From positions 24,101 through 88,100 of IMG/VR virus record IMGVR_UViG_3300032242_000965: a stretch of 64,000 nt of DNA, one strand, 5' to 3'. The notes under the pieces were generated by a model. That model did no database searches, was not told where the DNA came from, and was given only the letters and a program-made list of their open reading frames with translations. Shown piece after piece: positions 19,377 through 28,001 of the stretch. Position 1 is the stretch's first letter; every line of letters begins with the position of its first letter. The DNA comes from a virus. The position numbers and the translations under genes are program-made.

Positions 19377-20663
19377 TTATTGTTCATCGTATAATGCAAA
19401 TGTTCCGAATGGGGGATTAGGATTCTTGTCACCATGAATGATCCAAGTAGTATCGCAATACTCTGCATCACCCCAAGAGCCACAAGGGTAACCATCAGTA
19501 AACACAATCAAACGTTTTGGTTCGATAGCACTTTCTTTTAAGTATGTAAAGATACAATCAAAGTCAGTGCCACCACCGCCCATTACTTCATAGTTTTCAA
19601 TCAAGTCCATGTTGTCACTATGAAAGTCTTTTGGGTTGTACGTTTCAGTATCAAAACAGAATACATGAACTTTGTAGCCATCAAACGAACTCATCATGCC
19701 ACCAATTTCACCTAAAAAAGCCTGTGCTTGTTTATTTGAAATTGAGCCTGACATGTCGATAGCAACAACTACGTCAATCTCTTCACCTGGTGTCATGCCA
19801 GGCATGATAGCATCCATGTGCCAACTTCTACGTGAGGGACGCATCCAAGAATAGTCTGTGCGAATAGCACTAGTCAAGTTTGTTTGAATCAACTCACGCC
19901 AGGGCATGACTGGATTAGTATGTTGTTGAATTAATCGTTCAACACTCTTAGGTAATGTACCTGCCTCTGCACTTTGTGCGGCACTGATAATTGCTTGCTT
20001 GATTTCTTGACGGGCACGTTCACGTTCTTCAGGTGTCATTTGCTTAGGGCGCTTGCCTTTGCCTTTTTTCTCACCGTCGTTACCTTCTTCACCGTCATTA
20101 TCACCATCTTCACCATCCATGTGATCGTCCAATAATTGTTCAATCAAATCATCGATGTTGATTTTCTTAACATTCTTCATTAAGTCATCATAGATTTCTT
20201 CTGCAGGCTTGCCATCGTATTTTGTTTCATATAAGCAAGGCACAGTAGTAATGAATTGACCTACATGATGACGTTTCAAATCAGCATTGACTGCATAGTC
20301 ATCAGCAATGTTCCACATTTGCGGATCACGTTCACCTCTACGACCCATATGGTCATAAACAACGTGTAATACTTCATGACCAAATAAGAATTCAATTTCT
20401 TTTGGCTTTAGCATTTTAATAAAGCGACTATTGTAATAGAATGTAATTCCGTCAGTAGCGGCAGTAGCACACCATTCGTCAGCATTTACCAATTTCATTC
20501 GTGTAGCAAGATTACCAAAGAATGAATGACGCAACAACAATCCAATACGTGCACCTACTAATAGTTCACGTGCCTGTGCATCAATCTTAGGGTCAGTAGG
20601 ACCAATTAGATTGTCAAATTTACTACTACGTTTTTTCTTAGTTGGGCTGATTACGTCACTCAT
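19377..20663 (-). CDS. DUF2201-type metallopeptidase/vWA domain protein
   Basis: TAATDG, HEVLH (HExxH), acidic linker, MIDAS DMSGS, GGGGTDF, VFTDG. Confidence 0.9.
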   Translation of the reverse strand: MSDVISPTKKKRSSKFDNLIGPTDPKIDAQARELLVGARIGLLLRHSFFGNLATRMKLVNADEWCATAATDGITFYYNSRFIKMLKPKEIEFLFGHEVLHVVYDHMGRRGERDPQMWNIADDYAVNADLKRHHVGQFITTVPCLYETKYDGKPAEEIYDDLMKNVKKINIDDLIEQLLDDHMDGEDGDNDGEEGNDGEKKGKGKRPKQMTPEERERARQEIKQAIISAAQSAEAGTLPKSVERLIQQHTNPVMPWRELIQTNLTSAIRTDYSWMRPSRRSWHMDAIMPGMTPGEEIDVVVAIDMSGSISNKQAQAFLGEIGGMMSSFDGYKVHVFCFDTETYNPKDFHSDNMDLIENYEVMGGGGTDFDCIFTYLKESAIEPKRLIVFTDGYPCGSWGDAEYCDTTWIIHGDKNPNPPFGTFALYDEQ

Positions 20664-20688
20664 AGATACTCCTTGTTACAATAACTAT

Positions 20689-20717
20689 ATTATACACTAG
20701 TATTTAATTATTGTCAA
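20689..20717 (-). promoter_or_regulatory. sigma70-type early promoter
   Basis: TTGACA-N17-TATAAT, perfect consensus, upstream of the vWA gene. Confidence 0.85.
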
Positions 20718-20884
20718 TTCAAACTTAAGCCACGAAAACCTTTATCAAAGTAAATCATAGCATATGGTTGGGCACTTTCCAAATGATAAAAGGTTTCACC
20801 TTGACCTTTTGTCCAACCTTTTGCACGGACACGTTGACCCAATGCATAAAAATATTTCTTACCTGAGAGACTAGTATGTTTCAT
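20714..20884 (-). CDS. Small hypothetical protein (MKHTSLSGKKYFYALGQ...)
   Basis: Likely start 20884 with AAGGA SD, downstream of a terminator. Confidence 0.6.
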   Translation of the reverse strand: MKHTSLSGKKYFYALGQRVRAKGWTKGQGETFYHLESAQPYAMIYFDKGFRGLSLN

Positions 20885-20898
20885 TATAAATCCTTTAG

Positions 20899-20935
20899 AA
20901 AAAAAGGGCGAGAACATTCACACTATTCCCGCCCT
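20899..20935 (-). terminator. Intrinsic terminator after MoxR gene, preceded by a second hairpin at 20941-20958
   Basis: AGGGCGGGAATA-GTGTGAA-TGTTCTCGCCCT followed by a T-run. Confidence 0.75.
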
Positions 20936-20970
20936 GTGAACGGTGCGTTTAAGCACCGGGAGTCAGTGGA

Positions 20971-22071
20971 TCAGTTGCCTGCTTCCACAATATATTTTCC
21001 ATACTTCTTATGGAATTCATCAAAGTTCTTCAATTGAGTTGGCTCAATTGGTAACTCATAAGTCTTCAATGCAATCTTAGCACCCATAACTGTCAACTCT
21101 GTTTCAAAGTTGTTCATCATGTAAGTGAAGAAGTTTTCAGCCATTTCATGGAACTGTTTGCTGTTAACTTTCTTGTTGGTGACTGAATCTTTCAATTCGT
21201 AGCACATAGAAATTGTCAATGAGTACATTGCTGAAATTTCTTTTACTTGCAAGTCTTTAACTTTGCCTGATAAAATATCAGTTGGCTCAGGCATCTTACC
21301 TGCAATCTTACGATGAGCCATAAACTTAACTGCTAGACCTTCACCAATAGCACCTGCCACTAAATTGAATTGTGTGTCAACATCCATGTTGTCTTCATCA
21401 TTCAACAAGTCACTAACGAAACACCAACTACGAGGTGTTGCAAATGCACGTGAACTAGATTTGGCATCAAAGTCATACATATCATTCTTTGCGAATGACA
21501 AGTAACCAACAACGTCTTTGTGAATGTTGTTGTTCACAGCCCATGTCTGCCATGATGTAAAGTCAGGGCGCATTTCTAAGTGAATGAAACGATTAGCAAG
21601 GGGCATCGGCATACGATAAGTAACACCTTTGTCGCTATCACGATTGCCTGCCGCAACGATTACAACATTATCAGGCAACTTGTACTTACCTACACGGCGA
21701 TTCAAAATAAGTTGATAGCCCGCCGCTTGTACTGCTGGGGGTGCCGAGTTCATTTCATCTAAGAAAAGAACTACAACTGGATATTGACTTGCTAGTTCAT
21801 CACTAGGCAAATCTACAGGGCTAGCCCAATCCATCTTGTTGATATCTTTATTGAAGAATGGAATACCACGAATATCAGTAGGTTCCATTTGTGCCATACG
21901 CAAGTCAATTACATGACCTTTTAGTTCATCGGCAATTTCCTGCACGACTTCAGATTTACCGATGCCGGGAGGGCCCCAAAGAAAAACGGGACGTTTAGTT
22001 TTGAAAGCACTTAGAATTGCTTTGCGGGTTTGTACACTAGTGATAGTGTGATTGTCGCTAACTGATGCCAT
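20971..22071 (-). CDS. MoxR-family AAA+ ATPase
   Basis: Walker A GPPGIGKS, Walker B LFLDE, AAGN sensor, LANRF arginine finger; adjacent vWA partner. Confidence 0.9.
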   Translation of the reverse strand: MASVSDNHTITSVQTRKAILSAFKTKRPVFLWGPPGIGKSEVVQEIADELKGHVIDLRMAQMEPTDIRGIPFFNKDINKMDWASPVDLPSDELASQYPVVVLFLDEMNSAPPAVQAAGYQLILNRRVGKYKLPDNVVIVAAGNRDSDKGVTYRMPMPLANRFIHLEMRPDFTSWQTWAVNNNIHKDVVGYLSFAKNDMYDFDAKSSSRAFATPRSWCFVSDLLNDEDNMDVDTQFNLVAGAIGEGLAVKFMAHRKIAGKMPEPTDILSGKVKDLQVKEISAMYSLTISMCYELKDSVTNKKVNSKQFHEMAENFFTYMMNNFETELTVMGAKIALKTYELPIEPTQLKNFDEFHKKYGKYIVEAGN

Positions 22072-22113
22072 TTATGACTCCTTTAAAAATGACTTGTTGA
22101 CTTAAGAAACTCT

Positions 22114-22142
22114 ATTCTATAGTAAAACTGATTTATTGTCAA
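22114..22142 (-). promoter_or_regulatory. sigma70-type early promoter
   Basis: TTGACA-N17-TAGAAT. Confidence 0.8.
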
Positions 22143-22594
22143 GGCTTACTCATACTTTGGGCAACACTTTCTAATAGTGCATTTACCAATTCACCTTCTC
22201 GGCGAAAGGCCTCACGTTCCCAAGGACGCTTATGATACACTACCGAATACTGTTTACCTAACCAAAAACGCTTATGTTTACCGTTACGTGAAATTTCGGA
22301 TTTATAATGACCACGAATATATTGTTTAGCATGAACCATTTCATGCGCCAATGTCAATAACATTTGAGGTAACTTTAACTGGCTATCAACTACTACAGTA
22401 ATTTCATTCTCACCTGTTTTACTTGCAACACCATTATTACCATCACGTTTGCGTAAATTTGGTGCACTACAAACTAGTAGGCTATATTTTGCTTTATTAA
22501 GGTTTAAGTATTTTGCATAAAACTTTGCAGTCTTATAGAGTAGTAGAACTTTTTCAGGATTTGTATTACCGTGGGCTAGAATTTCAATTTTCAT
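22139..22594 (-). CDS. Zincin-like HExxH phage protein
   Basis: LAHEMVHAKQ...PWEREA. Confidence 0.75.
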   Translation of the reverse strand: MKIEILAHGNTNPEKVLLLYKTAKFYAKYLNLNKAKYSLLVCSAPNLRKRDGNNGVASKTGENEITVVVDSQLKLPQMLLTLAHEMVHAKQYIRGHYKSEISRNGKHKRFWLGKQYSVVYHKRPWEREAFRREGELVNALLESVAQSMSKP

Positions 22595-22596
22595 AA

Positions 22597-22887
22597 TTAA
22601 GCCCGATTGTCACAATATTCAAACAGAATCCATTTAGCACGATTTAGTGCTTGACGAACATCCTCAATGACCATAAAATCATAGGCGCCGTTGTTGTCAT
22701 ACGCAATCATTTCCTGACAATCAGACATGATACTAGCCGCCATCATAGCAGGACCACTATGACGAAAAGTAATGCTTTGTTCAACTGCCTCACGCATTTG
22801 GGCTTCGGTACAGCCATACATACGAATCTCACGTTTTTGTTGCATGTCTTTAGCAACACCTTGGGCGATAGCAACATCAACTGTCAT
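22597..22887 (-). CDS. Hypothetical early protein
   Basis: SD AAGGAG; sigma70 promoter upstream. Confidence 0.7.
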   Translation of the reverse strand: MTVDVAIAQGVAKDMQQKREIRMYGCTEAQMREAVEQSITFRHSGPAMMAASIMSDCQEMIAYDNNGAYDFMVIEDVRQALNRAKWILFEYCDNRA

Positions 22888-22916
22888 ACGTACTCCTTTA
22901 GTTAATCAATACATGT

Positions 22917-22945
22917 ATTATATACTGTAATGGATTTATTGTCAA
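22917..22945 (-). promoter_or_regulatory. sigma70-type early promoter
   Basis: TTGACA-N17-TATAAT. Confidence 0.85.
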
Positions 22946-23046
22946 ATCCCAAAGTGAAACAAAAAGTAGTACTTTTGTTATAAATATGTACTAAGTATTA
23001 ATGCAAACGTATAATTAATCGGTATTATATAAGGTTAATGTAATAC

Positions 23047-23301
23047 TTAGGACATCAACTTAGCCATTAACAACAATTTTTCTAAGTGGTCAATGGCTTT
23101 GTTGATTTTATCTTTTTGTTCATTACTATAACTAGTATGGCGTGTTCGCCTTGCTTCAACTTCTAATTTACTAAGTTGACCGACCATTGTTTCAATATTT
23201 TTCAACATCTTACGTAGGTCGGGATTATACGATATACTGTTAAGTTGAATAATTAATTCATTACTCACGTTATCCCAGTCCAATGATGTTTCTATTTTCA
23301 T
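23047..23301 (-). CDS. Hypothetical coiled-coil protein
   Basis: ORF track. Confidence 0.65.
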   Translation of the reverse strand: MKIETSLDWDNVSNELIIQLNSISYNPDLRKMLKNIETMVGQLSKLEVEARRTRHTSYSNEQKDKINKAIDHLEKLLLMAKLMS

Positions 23302-23438
23302 TTATCTTTCGTAGGTTCTTCTTTCTTAGAAACCTTTTGAATAGGTTCAGGAAAGTAGGGTTCGATGATATAGTGATTACTTGTCCACCAGCCAAGTCCT
23401 GACAATGCTCCGATTACTATATATGTTGCTATAAACAT
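23298..23438 (-). CDS. 46-aa membrane peptide MFIATYIVIGALSGLGWW...
   Basis: Overlapping start/stop junctions on both sides (TAATG, ATGA). Confidence 0.6.
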   Translation of the reverse strand: MFIATYIVIGALSGLGWWTSNHYIIEPYFPEPIQKVSKKEEPTKDK

Positions 23439-24082
23439 TATTTCTCCATTAGTTTATTAACGAAATCTAATAATAGTGTATGATGTGTACCGTGATGATA
23501 CTTACCCTTCATCCAACTATAACTATCATACCAAAACTGTTCACTCTCTGGGTGACAACCTATTAGACCGATTCTATTTTGAATAATAGCCATCGGATCG
23601 TTATTACTATATGTAGCAATAGTTTCGAACTTCAAATTATTTCCTACTAATGCACAACCATCATACCAAAACATATTCATAGGTGTATCTTGCCAAGTAA
23701 CTGATATATTTTTAGCATGTGGTCTTCTTGTATCTGTGCCGGGGCGGCTTAAATATTGCACAGCATCAACACCATCTAGTATATTAAAGTAGTGACTGCC
23801 GGCCCAGTATGCACCCATGCATATACCCAAATAACGTCCACCTTTGTTAACGAAATCACGTATTGCTTTTTTGTTGGGCTTTAATAGTTTATCATATGTA
23901 TCACTATCACCAAATCCACCGGGGAAAGCAACCATATCAACATCATCAAAGAAACCCTTTTCCATTTCATTCTTTGAGAATAAACGGAATTCATAATCCG
24001 AGGATAGTGCTTTGATTATTCCGTTTCCAGACTGAACCGAGCATCTTGGATCATGCACGAAAAGTGCTATTTTTGGCTTCAT
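23438..24082 (-). CDS. BPL-N / class I glutamine amidotransferase-like protein
   Basis: FPGG oxyanion strand, YLGICMGAY nucleophile elbow, HPE; likely start MKPKIAL at 24082. Confidence 0.8.
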   Translation of the reverse strand: MKPKIALFVHDPRCSVQSGNGIIKALSSDYEFRLFSKNEMEKGFFDDVDMVAFPGGFGDSDTYDKLLKPNKKAIRDFVNKGGRYLGICMGAYWAGSHYFNILDGVDAVQYLSRPGTDTRRPHAKNISVTWQDTPMNMFWYDGCALVGNNLKFETIATYSNNDPMAIIQNRIGLIGCHPESEQFWYDSYSWMKGKYHHGTHHTLLLDFVNKLMEK

Positions 24083-24083
24083 T

Positions 24084-25073
24084 TTACACCAGATGTTGTT
24101 TGAATATTTGCCAGGCATTAGACCAACTCCAACGCTGACTTCCTTTTTCTACTACATCTCTATTTAACCCCAAGCAACGATCCACTGCTATTTTCAGGTC
24201 ATCATCCATGAAACCTGTTATCCCGCTATCAATTACATCTAATGGACCGTCTGCAGGATATGCTGCAACGGGAGTTCCACAAGCCATTGCCTCTATCATC
24301 ACTAATCCAAATGTTTCCCAACGACTAGGAAACACAAATACTTCTGCATTAGCGTAATACTGTGCTAATTCTCTACCTCTCTTAGCCCCTGCAAAATGTA
24401 CGTCGGGGTACATCTTTTTATAAGTTTCTAACATAGGACCATCACCTACCATAATCTTTAAATAATCCGGATAGTCTAATTTAAAGAAATCCTCAAGATT
24501 CTTTTCTTTACTAACACGACTAACACATAAGATATACTTAGCAGTTGTTTTTTCTCTTAAATCAGGTGTAAAGATTTCGCGGTCTACTCCTCTAGTCCAA
24601 CTAACAATCTCACCATCAAACCCATGACTATGCAAATCTTTAACCATTGTATCTGTAGTAGTTAATACTTTACCTGCATGTTTATGAAACCAACGAACAT
24701 ATGCCCATGTAATAGTTTCAGGTACACCTATTAGTTTCTTTATACCTTCAGGAAACTTAGTATGGTAAGCAGTATTGTACCTAATACTACGTTTTGTAAG
24801 ATATTTTCTAGCAGACAAACCAAGAGGACCTTCTGTGGCGATATGGATATGATCCGGGTTAATCTCCTTAATCGTCTGGCCGATTTTCCTGGGGTAGGTA
24901 ATCTTGACTTCATTGTACATAGGGCAATCAACATAGCCGTACCTCCCGGGGTCAATATATACAACATTATAACCATCAAGAACCGCACACGCCTCAATGT
25001 TTTTGTATGTAGTAACAACGCCATTTATTTGATTAGGTAAGTTGTCTGTTACTATTAATATCGTCTTTGTCAT
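24084..25073 (-). CDS. GT4 glycosyltransferase, Agt-like (putative glycosyl-diacylglycerol synthase)
   Basis: TDxxxxQINGVV, HIATEGPLG, YHTKFPE, RGVD, RVSKEKN, ETFGLVMIEAMACGTPV. Confidence 0.85.
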   Translation of the reverse strand: MTKTILIVTDNLPNQINGVVTTYKNIEACAVLDGYNVVYIDPGRYGYVDCPMYNEVKITYPRKIGQTIKEINPDHIHIATEGPLGLSARKYLTKRSIRYNTAYHTKFPEGIKKLIGVPETITWAYVRWFHKHAGKVLTTTDTMVKDLHSHGFDGEIVSWTRGVDREIFTPDLREKTTAKYILCVSRVSKEKNLEDFFKLDYPDYLKIMVGDGPMLETYKKMYPDVHFAGAKRGRELAQYYANAEVFVFPSRWETFGLVMIEAMACGTPVAAYPADGPLDVIDSGITGFMDDDLKIAVDRCLGLNRDVVEKGSQRWSWSNAWQIFKQHLV

Positions 25074-25821
25074 TTTCTTTAGTCCATGTTATTATTTCCC
25101 AGGTACCTTCCCAGGTTTCTACTAATGCTGTGCAACTTTCTACCCAGTCACCATCATTCATATAGACTATATCATCTACTAATTTTATTTCAGCATGATG
25201 AATATGACCACAAATTACACCGTCAAATCCCCTTTTCTTACAGTATGCTATAAGATTTTTTTCAAATTGGAATATGAAGTCAACTGCTTTCTTTACTCTT
25301 CCCTTAAGATATTGGCTAAGACTAAAGTACCCAAAACCCATACGATGGCGTAGCCAATTGAATTTAGTATTGAACGAAAGAATGAAGTCATATGCTTTAT
25401 CTCCTAAGAATGTTAGCCAAGGTGCTAATCTTGTTATACCGTCAAACATGTCGCCATGTATAACTAAGTAATGTTTACCATCTAATCCTATATGTTCACA
25501 TTGATTACAGACTTCAACATTACCAAAGCCAATATTATATGGCATTAGTGGTCTAAGAAACTCATCGTGATTCCCAGCAACATAAATAACTCTGGTACCA
25601 CGCTTACTATGACCAAGAATACGGCGAACCACATTTGTATGCGATTGTTTCCATCGCCATTTGTTTTGTTGAATTCTCCACACATCTAGTATGTCTCCTA
25701 CTAAGTAGAGAGTATCACATGTATTATGTTTAAGGAAGTTGTTTAATGCATCTGCCTTGCTATCACGTGTACCTAAATGTACATCACTAATAAAAATTGA
25801 GCGATAGGTTCTCTGTGTCAT
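25033..25821 (-). CDS. Metallophosphoesterase, PlcP/LpxH2-like (putative phospholipase C)
   Basis: FISDVHLG, YLVGDI, GNHD (His rather than the Arg of LpxH GNRD), HGD, GHIH, NDGDWVES; likely start MTQRTY at 25821. Confidence 0.85.
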   Translation of the reverse strand: MTQRTYRSIFISDVHLGTRDSKADALNNFLKHNTCDTLYLVGDILDVWRIQQNKWRWKQSHTNVVRRILGHSKRGTRVIYVAGNHDEFLRPLMPYNIGFGNVEVCNQCEHIGLDGKHYLVIHGDMFDGITRLAPWLTFLGDKAYDFILSFNTKFNWLRHRMGFGYFSLSQYLKGRVKKAVDFIFQFEKNLIAYCKKRGFDGVICGHIHHAEIKLVDDIVYMNDGDWVESCTALVETWEGTWEIITWTKENDKDDINSNRQLT

Positions 25822-25853
25822 AACAATATTTATCGGATAAATCCATGATATAT

Positions 25854-25872
25854 TGTGACAAACGTGTGACAA
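25854..25872 (-). promoter_or_regulatory. Pho-box-like direct repeat TTGTCACA-CGT-TTGTCACA
   Basis: Two GTCAC half-sites at 11-bp period about 33 nt upstream of the PlcP-like ATG; resembles the PhoB consensus CTGTCA(T/C)-N4 repeat. Confidence 0.7.
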
Positions 25873-25875
25873 TGG

Positions 25876-25895
25876 AAAACCCTCTAAGAGGGTTT
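25876..25895 (-). terminator. Hairpin terminator insulating the Pho-box-like promoter
   Basis: AAACCCTC-TTA-GAGGGTTTT. Confidence 0.6.
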
Positions 25896-25915
25896 AATAA
25901 AGGAATACAATAAAT

Positions 25916-26167
25916 TTATTTTTTTGTTTCTTTTACTGGATGAGGCTCTTTACTGATTGGATCAAAATGGGGTGCAATACGTTCCATTTCTTCCGGTGTA
26001 GCAAAACGTTTAGGTTCTGTCAATGTATTTGGAAGCCATAATTGTACAGGTTTCCAAAATTTATGAATGAGGTTATTAATCACAATAACCCCTGCAACTA
26101 CAACTGTAAATCCTAGCATAGTCAATATACTACCTGCTAAGAATACTGCGGCTTGATCCATATCCAT
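25916..26167 (-). CDS. Single-TM membrane protein
   Basis: ORF track; N-terminal hydrophobic helix. Confidence 0.7.
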   Translation of the reverse strand: MDMDQAAVFLAGSILTMLGFTVVVAGVIVINNLIHKFWKPVQLWLPNTLTEPKRFATPEEMERIAPHFDPISKEPHPVKETKK

Positions 26168-26168
26168 A

Positions 26169-26297
26169 TTAGATAGTCTCGTAATCTTCTTTGCCTACAC
26201 CGCACTCAGGGCATAGAAAGTCTTCAGGTAAATCTTCCCATTTACCTTCTGTTTCTTCATCGTGGATGTGTCCACATACTACGCATATATGTTCCAT
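26169..26297 (-). CDS. Rubredoxin, 42 aa (MEHICVVCGHIHDEETEGKWEDLPEDFLCPECGVGKEDYETI)
   Basis: CxxCG and CPxCG pairs; TAATG coupling to rubrerythrin; missed by ORF track. Confidence 0.9.
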   Translation of the reverse strand: MEHICVVCGHIHDEETEGKWEDLPEDFLCPECGVGKEDYETI

Positions 26298-26749
26298 TAT
26301 TGGACCTCCTGTAACATTCTTTGATAAGCACTGGCATGACGTTCTTCAACTTTCTTTAGTGCGGCAAAACGCTTTTCTGCCTTTTCTAGTAGTTCAATAA
26401 ACTCACGTGCATGTTCTTTGCTTTCTGTGATTTGTTCTTCGGCCTCTTTAGCGGCTTCAATGTTACCTTCACTCTCAGCGATTGCTTGGAATTGTGGGTA
26501 CATTGTAGTGAATTCATATGTTTCACCGTCGATTGCTTTTTGTAAACATTCTTTTGTACTTGGCTTACCGATTAATAACTCTAGGTGTCCCCAGGCATGT
26601 TTAATCTCTTGGTCTGCTGTATGTTCAAAATGTTTTGCTACATCTTCAAAGCCTTCTTCACGTGCGATACGTGCAAAATAGCGATACTTGATGTGAGCCA
26701 TACTTTCACCTGCTAATGCAGATTCTAAATTTGCTAATGTTGCTGACAT
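26297..26749 (-). CDS. Rubrerythrin (diiron ferritin-like domain)
   Basis: ALAGESMAHIKYRYFA, EIKHA, GETYE, ESKEHA. Confidence 0.9.
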   Translation of the reverse strand: MSATLANLESALAGESMAHIKYRYFARIAREEGFEDVAKHFEHTADQEIKHAWGHLELLIGKPSTKECLQKAIDGETYEFTTMYPQFQAIAESEGNIEAAKEAEEQITESKEHAREFIELLEKAEKRFAALKKVEERHASAYQRMLQEVQ

Positions 26750-26758
26750 GTTTTTCCT

Positions 26759-27007
26759 TTATTTAATTTCTGGTAATCTTTTGATACTCTTGTGTTTGAC
26801 AATTATAACATTGTTAATTTTATTTTCAAACATAATGGGTAAATCTAAATGAACCGTTACATAAGGTCCATCGACTGGGTTTAATTGTGTATCATTGCCT
26901 ATTGTGCCCATAAACGGGATATCATTCCATGTACCTGTAACACGATCACCAATATTATATTTACTTTTGTAGGTTACTCTATCAAAATAATCTTTTAGAC
27001 TTGCCAT
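26759..27007 (-). CDS. Hypothetical SH3-like protein
   Basis: ORF track. Confidence 0.65.
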   Translation of the reverse strand: MASLKDYFDRVTYKSKYNIGDRVTGTWNDIPFMGTIGNDTQLNPVDGPYVTVHLDLPIMFENKINNVIIVKHKSIKRLPEIK

Positions 27008-27008
27008 A

Positions 27009-27956
27009 TTATATCCTTCTTTTATTAAGAACTACTTCAGGAGCACAATGACAACCTAGTTGTCTACATATTACAGGTTCAATTACTGGGTTAAAAACTT
27101 CAATGAAGTTCTTATCGTGTATTGAATAGTAATCTCTTTTACCAAATAAGAATTGCCCACATGTTCCTGTAAGACAACCATTGAAACTTATAAAAAGGTA
27201 ATTAACACCTAATGTACAACTCCATCCTACAAAGTTATTTAATGAATGCATGATAGGATAGTTTTCGTTTTCGGGTTTTACTATACTACCATTATCAAAT
27301 AACAATGAGATATGATTTGTTACACTATTGGTTATACCCTTTTTGTGATTCAATACATATTCAGATTGTGACGTAGTATACTCTATTTCTCCATTAATGT
27401 AAACTGGTTTGGAACTAAGAGAAAAATCAACACCCGATGATTTCAATTCGTCAACTATACTAACACACTTATCCCAATGTGTGTGATCCATTAATACATT
27501 CACACCAAATGTAACATTCTTATCAATTAGTATTTTAGTTAACTCAATAATATGGGAAACATCCACTTGTTCATGGTGTACGCTAACACTAACATTATTA
27601 AACAAATGCCCATACTCTTTCCACCAACGTAATGTGCGTGATCCATTAGTCATTATCTTTATTTCACAACCTGTATGTTGAATTACATATTCTAAAAATT
27701 CTTCAATGTCAGGCCATAATGTAGGTTCTCCGCCACCTAATACTAACTTAATATGTTCTATATTTTGATTGTTGCGATAATAGTTAATCAAATGAACCAT
27801 GTTCTTTTTTACTATATCAACATCAGGCCAAGGCATGACACCAGTATTACATCCTGGAAAACAGTACCAGCATTTGTAATTACATATATCACTAGGTGTA
27901 TAACTAATCTCTAATGAGTTAGTTGCCTTAGTGTTTTTAATTTCTATAAGTTTCAT
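27009..27956 (-). CDS. Radical SAM protein with C-terminal Cys (SPASM/twitch-like) domain
   Basis: CNYKCWYC, GGGEPT, TNGS; C-terminal cysteines. Confidence 0.85.
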   Translation of the reverse strand: MKLIEIKNTKATNSLEISYTPSDICNYKCWYCFPGCNTGVMPWPDVDIVKKNMVHLINYYRNNQNIEHIKLVLGGGEPTLWPDIEEFLEYVIQHTGCEIKIMTNGSRTLRWWKEYGHLFNNVSVSVHHEQVDVSHIIELTKILIDKNVTFGVNVLMDHTHWDKCVSIVDELKSSGVDFSLSSKPVYINGEIEYTTSQSEYVLNHKKGITNSVTNHISLLFDNGSIVKPENENYPIMHSLNNFVGWSCTLGVNYLFISFNGCLTGTCGQFLFGKRDYYSIHDKNFIEVFNPVIEPVICRQLGCHCAPEVVLNKRRI

Positions 27957-27960
27957 AAGG

Positions 27961-27983
27961 AAAAAGGCTCCGAAGAGCCTTTT
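27961..27983 (-). terminator. Intrinsic terminator after porin gene
   Basis: AAAAGGCTC-TTCG-GAGCCTTTTT. Confidence 0.85.
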
Positions 27984-28001
27984 ATGAAAGATTTCTAAAT
28001 T

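Noticed and set aside
25033-25872. LpxH lipid A enzyme with TTG start at 25872
   Set aside because: GNHD and the Agt-like neighbour favour PlcP; the N-terminal extension runs through the Pho-box-like repeat
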